The notes beneath the pieces are model-generated. The model had not been told where the DNA came from, searched no databases, and saw nothing but the letters and a program-made list of their open reading frames with translations. The position numbers and the translations under genes are program-made. Shown one piece after another: positions 1 through 10,503 of a DNA stretch of 64,000 nucleotides. The DNA is from an uncultured Chloroflexia bacterium (lineage in GTDB: Bacteria > Chloroflexota > Anaerolineae > CG2-30-64-16). Each line of letters opens with the position of its first letter. The stretch's first letter is position 1. Where the stretch lies: positions 608,001 to 672,000 of the forward strand of contig CAWEMM010000006.1 of assembly GCA_963810095.1 (NCBI GenBank), given 5' to 3'.

Positions 1-302
1 AGGTGGAAACGGTAGACGGGCCGCCCCCCGACGCGGATCGGGAGCAGCGGGTGCGGCGCCAGCGCTTTTACCGCCGGCTCGGCGCGCTCGACACGGGCGC
101 CCGGTTCCCGCGGTTGCCCTGGGCGCCACCCGAGATGCCCGATTTCGACCTGTTGCTGATCCCTGGGAGCGGCTGGGACGGGCAGATCGACGATGCCCTG
201 CGTTGGCACGTCGTCCGCTCGCTCATGGTCGAAGGCTACGATGTCGCCGAAGACGAACCGTGGCTGGCCGCTGCGCTGCAGCAGTACGCCCAAGCCGCCT
301 GA
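1..302 (+). CDS. GNAT-family acetyltransferase-like protein, C-terminal fragment (5' truncated by window)
   Basis: E-x-D...RVRRQRFYRRLG motif typical of the C-terminal part of GNAT acetyltransferases; stop at 300-302. Confidence 0.5.
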   Translation, partial: VETVDGPPPDADREQRVRRQRFYRRLGALDTGARFPRLPWAPPEMPDFDLLLIPGSGWDGQIDDALRWHVVRSLMVEGYDVAEDEPWLAAALQQYAQAA

Positions 303-306
303 GCCG

Positions 307-336
307 TTGCGCTCGGCCTTGCCCCTATGGTATAAT
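307..336 (+). promoter_or_regulatory. sigma70-type promoter for DUF151-dnaB operon
   Basis: TTGCGC-N18-TATAAT with extended -10 (TGG TATAAT). Confidence 0.5.
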
Positions 337-443
337 TGGCCGTGCCAGGGTCGAGACGGCCCAGCTACCCGGTCTACCGCGCTCCAGCAGGACGCTCGCA
401 TGGTGGGATGCCCTGCGACAGGGCACGATTTCGGAGGGTGGAG

Positions 444-956
444 ATGGTCGAAGTAACGATTGACAGCGTGCGGGTGAGCCTCATGTCGCAGCACCGGATT
501 GTGGTGCTGAAGGAGACGGGCTCCACGCGCTTCTTGCCTATCTGGATCGGCCCGTTCGAGGCCGATGCCATCACGATTGAGCTGCAGAGCGTCGAAGTGG
601 CGCGGCCCCTCACGCACGACTTGCTGAAGGCGACGATCGAGCAGCTCGGCGCGGAAATCATCGAAGTCTCTATCACCGACCTGCGCAGCGACACGTTCTA
701 CGCCGAAATCTCGCTGCGCCTGAACGGACGCCGGCTCGCCGTCGATGCCCGGCCAAGCGACGCTATTGCCTTGGCGGTCCGCGCCCGGGTGCCTGTCTAC
801 GTCTCGAGCGAGGTGATGGAGCAAGCCGGGATCACCCCGGAGGAAGACCTGGAGGGCAGTGCGCTGCCGCCGAGCGCAGAACAAGCGGTCGAGCCGACGC
901 CGCCCGAGGCATTCCGCGATTTCCTTGAAGGTCTGGATCTGACCGGGCTGGATTAG
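444..956 (+). CDS. Bifunctional nuclease family protein (DUF151)
   Basis: [28 protein letters not shown] motifs; GGAGG RBS before ATG 444. Confidence 0.9.
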   Translation: MVEVTIDSVRVSLMSQHRIVVLKETGSTRFLPIWIGPFEADAITIELQSVEVARPLTHDLLKATIEQLGAEIIEVSITDLRSDTFYAEISLRLNGRRLAVDARPSDAIALAVRARVPVYVSSEVMEQAGITPEEDLEGSALPPSAEQAVEPTPPEAFRDFLEGLDLTGLD

Positions 957-1058
957 GCAGGCAGCCGGGTTTCCGGCATGAGTTCAGGCGCAACCCTTTT
1001 CGACAAGCCGGCTTCCGAGCCGGCTTCTTAGTCGCATCACAGATCGTGAGTCCAACGC

Positions 1059-2399
1059 GTGGATAAGCTCGACAAGACCGTCCCTGCCAATCCCGAAGCC
1101 GAGGAAGCTGTCCTCGGTTCACTCCTCATCGACCCCGACGGCGTGCTCAAGGTGGCGTCCTTCCTCGAGGCGGAGGACTTCTACCGCGAGCGCAACGGGT
1201 GGATCTACCGCGCCATCCTCGACCTGCACGAGCGACGGGAGCCGGCGGACTTCGTCACCCTCTGCGACGAGCTCGAGCGCAACAACCTGTTACAGGAAGT
1301 CGGGGGCGCGGCGTACATCACGCAGCTCGTTAACAACGTCCCGTCGGCCGCGTACGTGGAGCACTATGGGCACATCGTCGAGCGGACCTCGACACTGCGC
1401 CGGCTGATCGACGCGGCCGGACAGATCGCTGGGCTGGCGTACGAGGAGGCACAGGAGGTCGACGAGATCGTCGACCGCGCCGAACAGATCGTCTTCAACG
1501 TCGCGGAGCGCCGCATCCGCCGCGACCTGGTGCCTGTCCGGCAGGTCATGCACGACGTCGTGGACCGGATCGACTACCTGCACCGCCACCAGGGCCAGAT
1601 CCTCGGCGTGCCAAGCGGATTTACACAGCTCGACCGCCTCCTGGGCGGCTTCCAGAAGTCCGACCTGATCATCCTGGCTGCCCGGCCCGCGGTGGGCAAG
1701 ACCTCGCTCTCGCTCAACTTCGCGCTCAACGCGGCACGTAAGTTCCGCAAAGTCGTCGCCTACTTCAGCCTCGAGATGAGCTCTGAGCAGCTGGTGCAGC
1801 GTCTCCTGGCCATGGAGACGGGCATCGACCAGCAGCGCCTGCGCAAGGGAGAGATCGAGGACCACGACTGGGACATGATCATGCTGGCCGCGGGCGAGCT
1901 GTCGGGCACGATGCTGCACATCGACGACACGCCGGCCATGTCTGCCCTCGAGCTGCGCACGAAAGCGCGGCGGCTGCAGGCCGAACATGGGCTGGACCTG
2001 GTCGTGGTCGACTATCTGCAGCTCATGCGGGGCGACAACAAGAGCGAGAATCGGGTGCAGGAGATCAGCTACATTTCCCGGGCGCTGAAAGGACTCGCGC
2101 GCGAGCTCGAGTGCCCTGTCATCGCCTTGTCGCAGTTGTCCCGGGCCGTCGAATCGCGCTCAGACCATAAGCCGATGCTATCGGATCTTCGTGAGTCTGG
2201 CTCCATCGAGCAGGACTCGGATATTGTTATGTTCATTTATCGTGAAGATATGCAGAAAGAGAACAGCGACAAGAAAAACATCGCGGACATCATCGTCGCC
2301 AAGCACCGCAATGGTCCCACCGACACGATTCCGTTGTACTTCAGGAAAGAGCTCACGAAGTTCGAAAACCTCGAGATGGTGCGGGAGCCGCTGGAGTAA
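1059..2399 (+). CDS. dnaB: Replicative DNA helicase
   Basis: [11 protein letters not shown]-terminus, AARPAVGKT Walker [34 protein letters not shown]. Confidence 0.97.
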   Translation: MDKLDKTVPANPEAEEAVLGSLLIDPDGVLKVASFLEAEDFYRERNGWIYRAILDLHERREPADFVTLCDELERNNLLQEVGGAAYITQLVNNVPSAAYVEHYGHIVERTSTLRRLIDAAGQIAGLAYEEAQEVDEIVDRAEQIVFNVAERRIRRDLVPVRQVMHDVVDRIDYLHRHQGQILGVPSGFTQLDRLLGGFQKSDLIILAARPAVGKTSLSLNFALNAARKFRKVVAYFSLEMSSEQLVQRLLAMETGIDQQRLRKGEIEDHDWDMIMLAAGELSGTMLHIDDTPAMSALELRTKARRLQAEHGLDLVVVDYLQLMRGDNKSENRVQEISYISRALKGLARELECPVIALSQLSRAVESRSDHKPMLSDLRESGSIEQDSDIVMFIYREDMQKENSDKKNIADIIVAKHRNGPTDTIPLYFRKELTKFENLEMVREPLE

Positions 2400-2420
2400 T
2401 GCGATGAGGGACGTGCTGCG

Positions 2421-3131
2421 ATGAGCGAACAGATGCAGGGCTTTCCCGGCTTTCCGGCCGGCAAGATGGCGACGACGCCGCTGCCGAACCTTTTCTTCAG
2501 CGAGTTGCTGCCCCTGATCGACAACCTGGCCGAGCTGAAGGTCGTGCTGCACCTCTTTTGGCTGATCGGCAAGAAGCGCGGGGCCCTGCGCTATGCCCGG
2601 CTCGACGAGCTGCTGCATGATCGCCGCCTCCTCGAGGGGCTGGCAACGCCGAAGCTGTCGGGCGAGGCGGTGCTGGCGGATGCGCTCGAACGGGCCGTGG
2701 CGCGCGGCGCGCTGCTCCACACCGAAGTCACCCGCGGCCGCGAGACCGAGCAGTGGTACATGATCAACAGCGCGAACGGCCGGGAGGTGCTCGACCGGCT
2801 CGAGTCGGGCGAGCTCGACCTGCTGGGCGAGAGCGGCGAGGACGTTCAGTTGCAGAGCGAGCGGCCGACGATCTTCGTGCTCTACGAACAGAACATCGGC
2901 CTGCTCACCCCGATGATCGCGGACGAGCTGCGCGACGCCGAGCGGCACTTCCCTGCGGAATGGATTGCGGATGCCTTCCGCCAGGCCGTACTGCACAACA
3001 AGCGCAGTTGGAAGTATGTGCTTGCGATTCTCGAGCGCTGGCGCACGGAGGGGCGCGGGGGCACACGCCAGGAGCGTGAGCTCGACGCGTACGATGCGCC
3101 CGACGGCTACGAAGGGATTATCAAGCATTGA
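2421..3131 (+). CDS. DnaD domain protein (primosome)
   Basis: C-terminal IF.LYEQNIG.LTP.IADEL...WIADAFRQAV..NKRSWKYV.AILERW DnaD-like domain; between dnaB and a loader ATPase. Confidence 0.85.
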   Translation: MSEQMQGFPGFPAGKMATTPLPNLFFSELLPLIDNLAELKVVLHLFWLIGKKRGALRYARLDELLHDRRLLEGLATPKLSGEAVLADALERAVARGALLHTEVTRGRETEQWYMINSANGREVLDRLESGELDLLGESGEDVQLQSERPTIFVLYEQNIGLLTPMIADELRDAERHFPAEWIADAFRQAVLHNKRSWKYVLAILERWRTEGRGGTRQERELDAYDAPDGYEGIIKH

Positions 3132-3150
3132 TAGGGCGGGAGCGACAGCG

Positions 3151-4594
3151 ATGAAGCGATTGAGTGACTTGATGGGCGACCTCCAGCCGCCACAGGGACG
3201 CGGGGCGGAGCCGGACGGGCCAAATAAGAACGAGCCGCGCATCAGCCTGCCCGAGGAAGACGTCTGTCCGATCTGTAAGGGCCGCGGCTTCGTGGTGCTC
3301 GACGTGCCCTCCGGCCATCCGGACTTTGGCAAGCTGATCGCCTGCCGGTGCACCGAGGCGCGCATCGCCCTCAACCGCAGCCGCGAGCTGCACGGCCTGA
3401 GCAACCTGGGCGGGCTGGACCGGATGACGTTCGATACGTTCCTGCCCGACGGTGTCAGCTTGCCCGAGTCCGTCCGCGCGGCGCTGCACCGGGCCTTTGA
3501 TCTCAGCCTCGATTTCGCGAAACGGCCGCGGGGGTGGCTGGTGCTGCTGGGCGGCTTCGGCGCAGGGAAGACGCACCTGGCCGCGGCGATCACGAACTAC
3601 AATATCGATCTGGGGCGCCCGGCGATCTTTGTGGTGGTGCCCGACCTGCTCGACCACCTGCGGGCGGCCTTCGGCCCCAGCAGCGAGAGCGGCCTGGACG
3701 AGCGACTCGATGCGATCCGCGAGACGCCGCTGTTGGTGCTCGACGACCTCGGCGCGCACCACTCCACGCCGTGGGCGCAGGAGAAGCTGTTCCAAATCCT
3801 GAACCACCGGTACAACAGTCGCCTGCCCACCGTCATCACGACGAATCAGCGGCTGGAAGAGCTGGACCCGCGGGTCGCCTCCCGCCTGGCCGATCTCGAC
3901 CTGAGCCAGATCTTCGAAATCCCAGCGCCCGACTACCGGCAAGGTGGCGGGGGCGGAGGGGTGCTCGACCGAGGGGCGCGCAACCTGAGTTCGCTGGGCC
4001 TGCACGCAGATCAAACTTTCGACAATTTCTCCCTGCGCCGCCACGAGGAAATGGACGCGGCGCGCAAGGACAACCTGGCGCGCGCAGTGCACGAGGCGCG
4101 TTCGTTTGCCGAGCGCCGCGGCGGGCTGGCTCGTGCTCAGTGGGACGTACGGCTGCGGCAAGACCCACCTCGCCGCTGCAATCGCGAATTTCCAGGCGGC
4201 GGCCGGCCGGCCCACGCCCATGTTCGTCGTCGTGCCCGACCTGCTCGACCATTTGCGTGCCACCTTCAGCCCTACAGCCGGCGTGACCCTCGACCGCGTC
4301 TTCGAACAGGTCAAATCGGCGCCACTCCTGGTGCTCGACGATCTGGGCACCGAAAGCGCGACGCCGTGGGCCCGTGAAAAGCTGTTCCAGTTGCTTAATC
4401 ACCGCTACGCGGCACGACTGGCGACGGTGATTACCACGACCGCACACATCGGCGACATCGAGCCCCGGCTGCAGAGCCGGATGCTGGACACCACCCGGTG
4501 CACGTTCTTTGTCATCGAGGCGCCTAGTTACCGGGGCAGCGTTTCGCAACGCAACGAAAGCAAGCCGGCCCACAGATCCCGCACGCGTGGGTAA
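3151..4594 (+). CDS. DnaC/IstB-like AAA+ ATPase with Zn-finger and two tandem ATPase domains (frameshift near 4115)
   Basis: CPICKG..CRC; Walker A GGFGAGKT and GTYGCGKT; two LLVLDDLG Walker B motifs; ORFs 2965-4377 and 4106-4594 join. Confidence 0.85.
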
Positions 4595-4595
4595 G

Positions 4596-4703
4596 GGCAG
4601 AAACTGCGTTTCTGGCAGAAACTGCGTTGCTGGCAGAAGCCACGTTGCTGGCAGAAGCCACGTTGCTGGCAGAAACTACGTTGCGGACAAAAACGTAGTT
4701 TCT
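4596..4703. repeat. Five tandem 18-bp repeats ending in a hairpin
   Basis: GGCAGAA(A/G)C(T/C)(G/A)CGTT(G/T)C(T/G) x5 at 4596, 4614, 4632, 4650, 4668; AGAAACTACGTT...AACGTAGTTTCT inverted repeat 4671-4703. Confidence 0.9.
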
Positions 4704-4735
4704 TGGTGTCTTCGTGCCTTTATGGTAAACTCGTC

Positions 4736-4762
4736 TTAGCACTCTCACATTGACATTGCGAA
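4736..4762 (+). promoter_or_regulatory. Degenerate second CIRCE element
   Basis: TTAGCACTC-N9-CATTGCGAA (right half 6/9 match), overlapping a TTGACA. Confidence 0.55.
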
Positions 4763-4778
4763 AAGGACCCCTTCGAAT

Positions 4779-4807
4779 TTGACGTTTGCGGGGAACTTGA
4801 GTAAAAT
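4779..4807 (+). promoter_or_regulatory. sigma70 promoter of groESL
   Basis: TTGACG-N17-TAAAAT directly upstream of CIRCE. Confidence 0.8.
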
Positions 4808-4817
4808 CGGCCTTGTG

Positions 4818-4844
4818 TTAGCACTCGGTATGACTGAGTGCTAA
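4818..4844 (+). promoter_or_regulatory. CIRCE (HrcA operator)
   Basis: Perfect TTAGCACTC-N9-GAGTGCTAA upstream of groES. Confidence 0.97.
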
Positions 4845-4920
4845 CACAAGGCCGATTCGTTTTCCACGCCCAGACAACTGGGCCTATCGTCAAACATCTA
4901 CCAAGGGAGGCTGTTGGACT

Positions 4921-5208
4921 ATGAATCTTAAGCCGCTCGCCGATCGCCTGGTCGTCGAACCGCTCGAGCAGGAAGAAGTCACCGCCGGTGGCATCATCCT
5001 GCCCGAAACCGCCAAGGAAAAGCCGCAGCAGGGCAAGGTCGTGGCTGCAGGCCCCGGCCGCACCGACGAAAAGGGTGAACGCGTCGCCATGGAAGTCAAG
5101 GTTGGCGACACCGTCCTCTACGCCAAGTACAGTGGCACCGAGATCAAGCTCGGCGGGAAGAAGAACCTGATCCTGCGCGAGTCTGACGTTCTGGCCATCG
5201 TCGAATAA
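4921..5208 (+). CDS. groES: Co-chaperonin GroES
   Basis: [38 protein letters not shown]. Confidence 0.98.
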   Translation: MNLKPLADRLVVEPLEQEEVTAGGIILPETAKEKPQQGKVVAAGPGRTDEKGERVAMEVKVGDTVLYAKYSGTEIKLGGKKNLILRESDVLAIVE

Positions 5209-5213
5209 TCTAA

Positions 5214-6869
<1,656 letters not shown>

Positions 6870-6905
6870 GCCGGCGAACGATTGCGCCGATAGCTTAGGC
6901 TAACC

Positions 6906-6959
6906 AGAAACCCGGTTTCGCCCAGCCACGCTGGGGTGTGAGAAACCGGGTTTCTTTTT
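6906..6959 (+). terminator. Hairpin/terminator after groEL formed by an AGAAACCCGGTTTC-family palindrome
   Basis: AGAAACCCGGTTTC...GAAACCGGGTTTCT followed by a T run; between convergent genes. Confidence 0.8.
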
Positions 6960-6978
6960 GGTCCCCGCCCGCTTGCGA

Positions 6979-8214
6979 TCAAATGCCGGGCGCCGGCTTC
7001 ACCGTCGTCGCCGCCGGCTGCACGTCTTTCTGTTTGCTCAGCGGCCGCATGCCGAACAGGAAGCGGAGCACGTTGTTGCGGCGGATCGCAAACTCGTAGA
7101 TCCCCAGGATAATCCCCAGTGAGCCGACGCCGATGATCACGAACTTCGCCAGGTCAGAGACGGGCCAGCGCACGACGAAGTACCCGACGGTAAGCAGTAC
7201 GCTTTGGTGCAGGACATAGAACGGCAGCACCGCCTCGTTCGCATACCGAAGGAACGGGGTCGTGAAATTGAGGCTGCGCATCCCGTGCCCGAGCCAGGCC
7301 ATGATCCAGGTCCAGGAGCCCAGGCCCAGCAGCCCCCAGAAGATCGCCCAGTCAGTCGTGCCGTACGACGGATCTCCGCGTGCCGAGTTGAATACGACCA
7401 GTCCGGCCACGATCAGCACGCCCAGGCCGGTGGAAACCCAGCGCCACTGTTTGATGCGCGCTTGCAGCTGCTCGCTCGACAAAATGATGAACCCGGCGAT
7501 GAAAAACCAGGCATGGGGCGCCATGCCCCACCCGCCCCAGTCACGGCGGCCGAAGAGCGACTGCGGGTCCAGAAAGATTACGGTGAGCACCGTCGGCAGC
7601 GCCAGGAGATACATGGCGGCCGGCAGTGAAAGGAAGCGGGTCAGCGCAGCGAGCTGGCGCCGTGCAGGGCCGCGCAGGAGGGCAAACAGCGGATAGAACA
7701 CGAGCGAGAACACCAGGAGCATCAGCAGGTACCAAAGGTGCAACCCCATCCAGGCGAAGTTGCCCCCAAAGCCGTACCAGCCCTTGAAGTACTCGGGGAT
7801 GAACTGCCAGAAGCTGCCGAAGAACAGCTGGTGCGTCGTCTTCTCCAGGTACACCTGGAACATCACATGCGTAAAGATGCCGACGACAAGGGGCACGCCC
7901 AGCCGGAGCAGTTTGTCCTTTGCGAAGAACAGAAAGCCGTTCGCCTTGGTACGGGGGGTGGCGCCGCCGGCCGCCTTCTTGCCCATGGCGAGAAATGCGC
8001 TCGCGCCCGAGACAATGAAAATCATCGGCATGAGCCAGCTGCCGAGGAACGCAATCCAGATGTCCATCCACTCGTACGTGGTGACGTTCTTGACGTGCCA
8101 AAACGCGGTGTCGAAAAAGCGGCTGTCGTGGAAGACGAAGACACAGAGGATCAGGAGCACGCGCAGCCAGTCGAGATCGTAACGGCGGATCGAGGTCGGG
8201 GCGTTCGTCTTCAT
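6979..8214 (-). CDS. Acyltransferase 3 family membrane protein (MdoC/OpgC-like)
   Basis: RRYDLDWLRV..VFHD, HLWYL, YANEAVLPFYVLHQ; multiple TM helices. Confidence 0.9.
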   Translation of the reverse strand: MKTNAPTSIRRYDLDWLRVLLILCVFVFHDSRFFDTAFWHVKNVTTYEWMDIWIAFLGSWLMPMIFIVSGASAFLAMGKKAAGGATPRTKANGFLFFAKDKLLRLGVPLVVGIFTHVMFQVYLEKTTHQLFFGSFWQFIPEYFKGWYGFGGNFAWMGLHLWYLLMLLVFSLVFYPLFALLRGPARRQLAALTRFLSLPAAMYLLALPTVLTVIFLDPQSLFGRRDWGGWGMAPHAWFFIAGFIILSSEQLQARIKQWRWVSTGLGVLIVAGLVVFNSARGDPSYGTTDWAIFWGLLGLGSWTWIMAWLGHGMRSLNFTTPFLRYANEAVLPFYVLHQSVLLTVGYFVVRWPVSDLAKFVIIGVGSLGIILGIYEFAIRRNNVLRFLFGMRPLSKQKDVQPAATTVKPAPGI

Positions 8215-8282
8215 ACTTCACTCCCGTGGGCCGGTGTGGTGCAGCGGTTCGGGCCAGTCGGCTTTCCCCGTCCATCTGTTCA

Positions 8283-8307
8283 TACGCAAGGTGCCGAGGT
8301 AGGTTGC
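8283..8307 (-). promoter_or_regulatory. ECF-sigma-like promoter for the acyltransferase gene
   Basis: GCAAC-N16-CGTA on minus strand. Confidence 0.4.
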
Positions 8308-8388
8308 TCGATCTCAGCCATGCGGCCCCGCTTCTCGGGCCCCCGTTTCCGGGGCCCCCGCTTCTCAGCGGACCACCACTTGCAGCGC

Positions 8389-8414
8389 GGAACCTCGCGG
8401 TTGCGCCGGACGTT
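8389..8414 (+). promoter_or_regulatory. ECF-sigma-like promoter for a small membrane protein
   Basis: GGAAC-N17-CGTT. Confidence 0.4.
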
Positions 8415-8481
8415 GAGTGTATTCACAAGCCTGGTGCAACCTTGTAGTGAGTTCAGCACAGGCGAAGAGGAGAGTGGGAGT

Positions 8482-8655
8482 ATGTTAGGCGGGTTGATTC
8501 ATGGAACTTTGTGGCTGGCCGCAATCGGCCTGCTCGCAATTCTGGTGGTCCTCGCGGTCATCGTCGGATTTGTCCGGCGGGCAACCGGCAACGCGCACCC
8601 GGGTGGCACGAGCGCTGATGTCAAGATGGACCGGGACGATACGATCCGGCCATAG
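8482..8655 (+). CDS. Small single-TM hypothetical protein (57 aa)
   Basis: AGGAG RBS, ATG 8482, hydrophobic LWLAAIGLLAILVVLAVIVGFV followed by RR. Confidence 0.5.
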   Translation: MLGGLIHGTLWLAAIGLLAILVVLAVIVGFVRRATGNAHPGGTSADVKMDRDDTIRP

Positions 8656-8693
8656 GTGGCACCCAACTACTGCAACCAAAACCGTGAGGCGCC

Positions 8694-9080
8694 TTATCGG
8701 ACGATGAGGCGCCTCACGAGCATAATGGCCCCGGCGGCGATGGCCACCCAGACGAGCGCGATCACGGCAGCGGCGACCCAGTTCACAGGTTTCCCTTGCG
8801 ACGCGAGCAAACGGCCCCGCTCCCTGTGCTCTTGGAGCACCTCGGGCGGGATCATGCGGATGGCCAGGCTGATCCCTAAAGGGATCAGGACCAGGTCGTC
8901 CAGGTAGCCGAGCACCGGCACGAAATCCGGGATGAGGTCGATCGGGCTGAAGGCATACGCCACGACGCAAAGGGCAAAGACCCGCGCATACCACGGCACG
9001 CGCGGGTCACGATAAGCACCGTAGAGGGCGTAAGTCCAGGCCTTGAGCTCCCTGGCCCGCTCCCGCAAGCGCTCGAGCAA
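8694..9080 (-). CDS. YkvA/DUF1232 family membrane protein
   Basis: DPRVPWYA...[22 protein letters not shown]; TTG start just after upstream stop. Confidence 0.9.
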   Translation of the reverse strand: MLERLRERARELKAWTYALYGAYRDPRVPWYARVFALCVVAYAFSPIDLIPDFVPVLGYLDDLVLIPLGISLAIRMIPPEVLQEHRERGRLLASQGKPVNWVAAAVIALVWVAIAAGAIMLVRRLIVR

Positions 9081-9081
9081 G

Positions 9082-9747
9082 CTAGCTCGGGTCCTCGGAC
9101 GCGGATAGGACGGCGACGCGCAGGCCCTGCTCCTCGCACAGGTAGCGAAACTTCTCGACGTCCCCTTCGCCACCGACGATATCGCCGTAGTGCATCGGCA
9201 CGAAGTACTCGGCCTTGATGACCTTGGCCGCCTCGAACGCCTCGTCCGCCGTCATGACATACGTGCCCGAAACCGGCAGCAGTGCCACCGTGACCTGGAT
9301 GTGCGCCATCTCGGGGATAACATCTGTGTCGCCCGCATGGTACAGCGTCTCGCCGCCCAACTCGACAATGTAGCCGTTGCCGTGCATCTCCGGCGGATGG
9401 AAAAGCCGGTCGGGGCTGCGGTACTTGTTGGTGTTGTACGCCGGCACGGCACGAATCGTCGCGTGGTCGAGCGCCAACGACTCACCGGGCCGGATGTACT
9501 GCGCCCGCTGCCCCAGCTTATCGTCCGCGTGCGGACTCGCCACGACTGTCGTGTCGGGCCGTGAGATCCGGGCAATGTCGTCTGGCGAACAGTGGTCGGT
9601 GTGCCCGTGGGTAATGAGAATGATGTCGGCGGGCGGGCTGCCGTCGGGCAGCTTCCACGGGTCGATGTAGATCACGGGTGGACCGTCGAGTCGAAAGGAA
9701 GCGTGGCCGAGACGCTTCAGGTTGCGCATGATGTCCGGATAGAGCAT
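9082..9747 (-). CDS. MBL-fold metallo-hydrolase
   Basis: [30 protein letters not shown]; GGAGG RBS. Confidence 0.92.
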   Translation of the reverse strand: MLYPDIMRNLKRLGHASFRLDGPPVIYIDPWKLPDGSPPADIILITHGHTDHCSPDDIARISRPDTTVVASPHADDKLGQRAQYIRPGESLALDHATIRAVPAYNTNKYRSPDRLFHPPEMHGNGYIVELGGETLYHAGDTDVIPEMAHIQVTVALLPVSGTYVMTADEAFEAAKVIKAEYFVPMHYGDIVGGEGDVEKFRYLCEEQGLRVAVLSASEDPS

Positions 9748-9762
9748 CGTGACCTCCCACTC

Positions 9763-9859
9763 GTAGGGGCAAGGCAACCGGGGTTGCCTCGCCCACGTTC
9801 ATGATCGCCCGTGCGCCGCAATTCGGGCGAGGCATCCTGCCAGATGCCATCGCGCCTAC
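9763..9859. repeat. GTAG-type REP-like doublet
   Basis: GTAGGGGCAAGGCAACC...GGTTGCCTCGCCC and inverted GGGCGAGGCATC...GATGCC..CGCCTAC. Confidence 0.65.
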
Positions 9860-10500
9860 CGCAACCGACGCGGCCGAATGCGGCCTTCGCGGATCTCCTG
9901 CGCCAGCTGCGCCTCGCTGGTCACGGGCCGGGCAAATTCGGTGGCGGTTACGCCTACCTGCCACGCCGCGTGTGCGTCTGAACCGCCGCAGACGGGCAGC
10001 CCGAGGATGCGGGCCAGGTCTTCAGCCTGCCGCAGCTCGTCACCATTCACCTGGCCGTTGAACGTCTCGATCGCATGAATATGTTCCAACTCAGGCCGGG
10101 TCACGAGGTTTGCATCCAGCGCCAGGCCCTGTTTCTCCAGCCAGTACCAGAGCGCCCAGCCGCCGCCGTGCCGGAATGGATGCGCCAGCACCGCGGCGCC
10201 GCCCCGCTCGTCGACGTGGCGCAGCAGCTCCGCGCCCTCGACCCCGGACTCATAATCCTCGTCCAGGCCGAACACCAGTACATCGCCCAGGGTCGTGCGC
10301 GCCTCGACACCCCGGAACACCGTGAAGCCGTACTTCTCACGGGCGAGCATCTGCGCCTCACGGCCACCCCACGCAAAATGATGGTCGGTCACGCACACGG
10401 CGTCCAACCCGGTCTTCATCGCGGCCTGAATCAACTGGTCGGCGGTCTGGCCTGAACAGGGGGAACAAGGCCGCGTGTGGGAGTGCAAATCAATCAGCAT
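9856..10500 (-). CDS. PHP domain metal-dependent phosphoesterase
   Basis: IDLHSHT, VTDHH, GVE, AHPFR, GGSDAH. Confidence 0.92.
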   Translation of the reverse strand: MLIDLHSHTRPCSPCSGQTADQLIQAAMKTGLDAVCVTDHHFAWGGREAQMLAREKYGFTVFRGVEARTTLGDVLVFGLDEDYESGVEGAELLRHVDERGGAAVLAHPFRHGGGWALWYWLEKQGLALDANLVTRPELEHIHAIETFNGQVNGDELRQAEDLARILGLPVCGGSDAHAAWQVGVTATEFARPVTSEAQLAQEIREGRIRPRRLR

Positions 10501-10503
10501 TGG

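Noticed and set aside
1058-1066. DnaA-box-like CGTGGATAA at the dnaB start / possible oriC
   Set aside because: A single mismatched box explained by the codons GTG GAT AAG; no box cluster or AT-rich unwinding element
3151-4594. IS21 helper ATPase (IstB)
   Set aside because: No IstA transposase or terminal IRs; the dnaB-dnaD context indicates a replication loader
4596-4685. Possible CRISPR array
   Set aside because: The 18-bp units are contiguous with no unique spacers, and there are no cas genes
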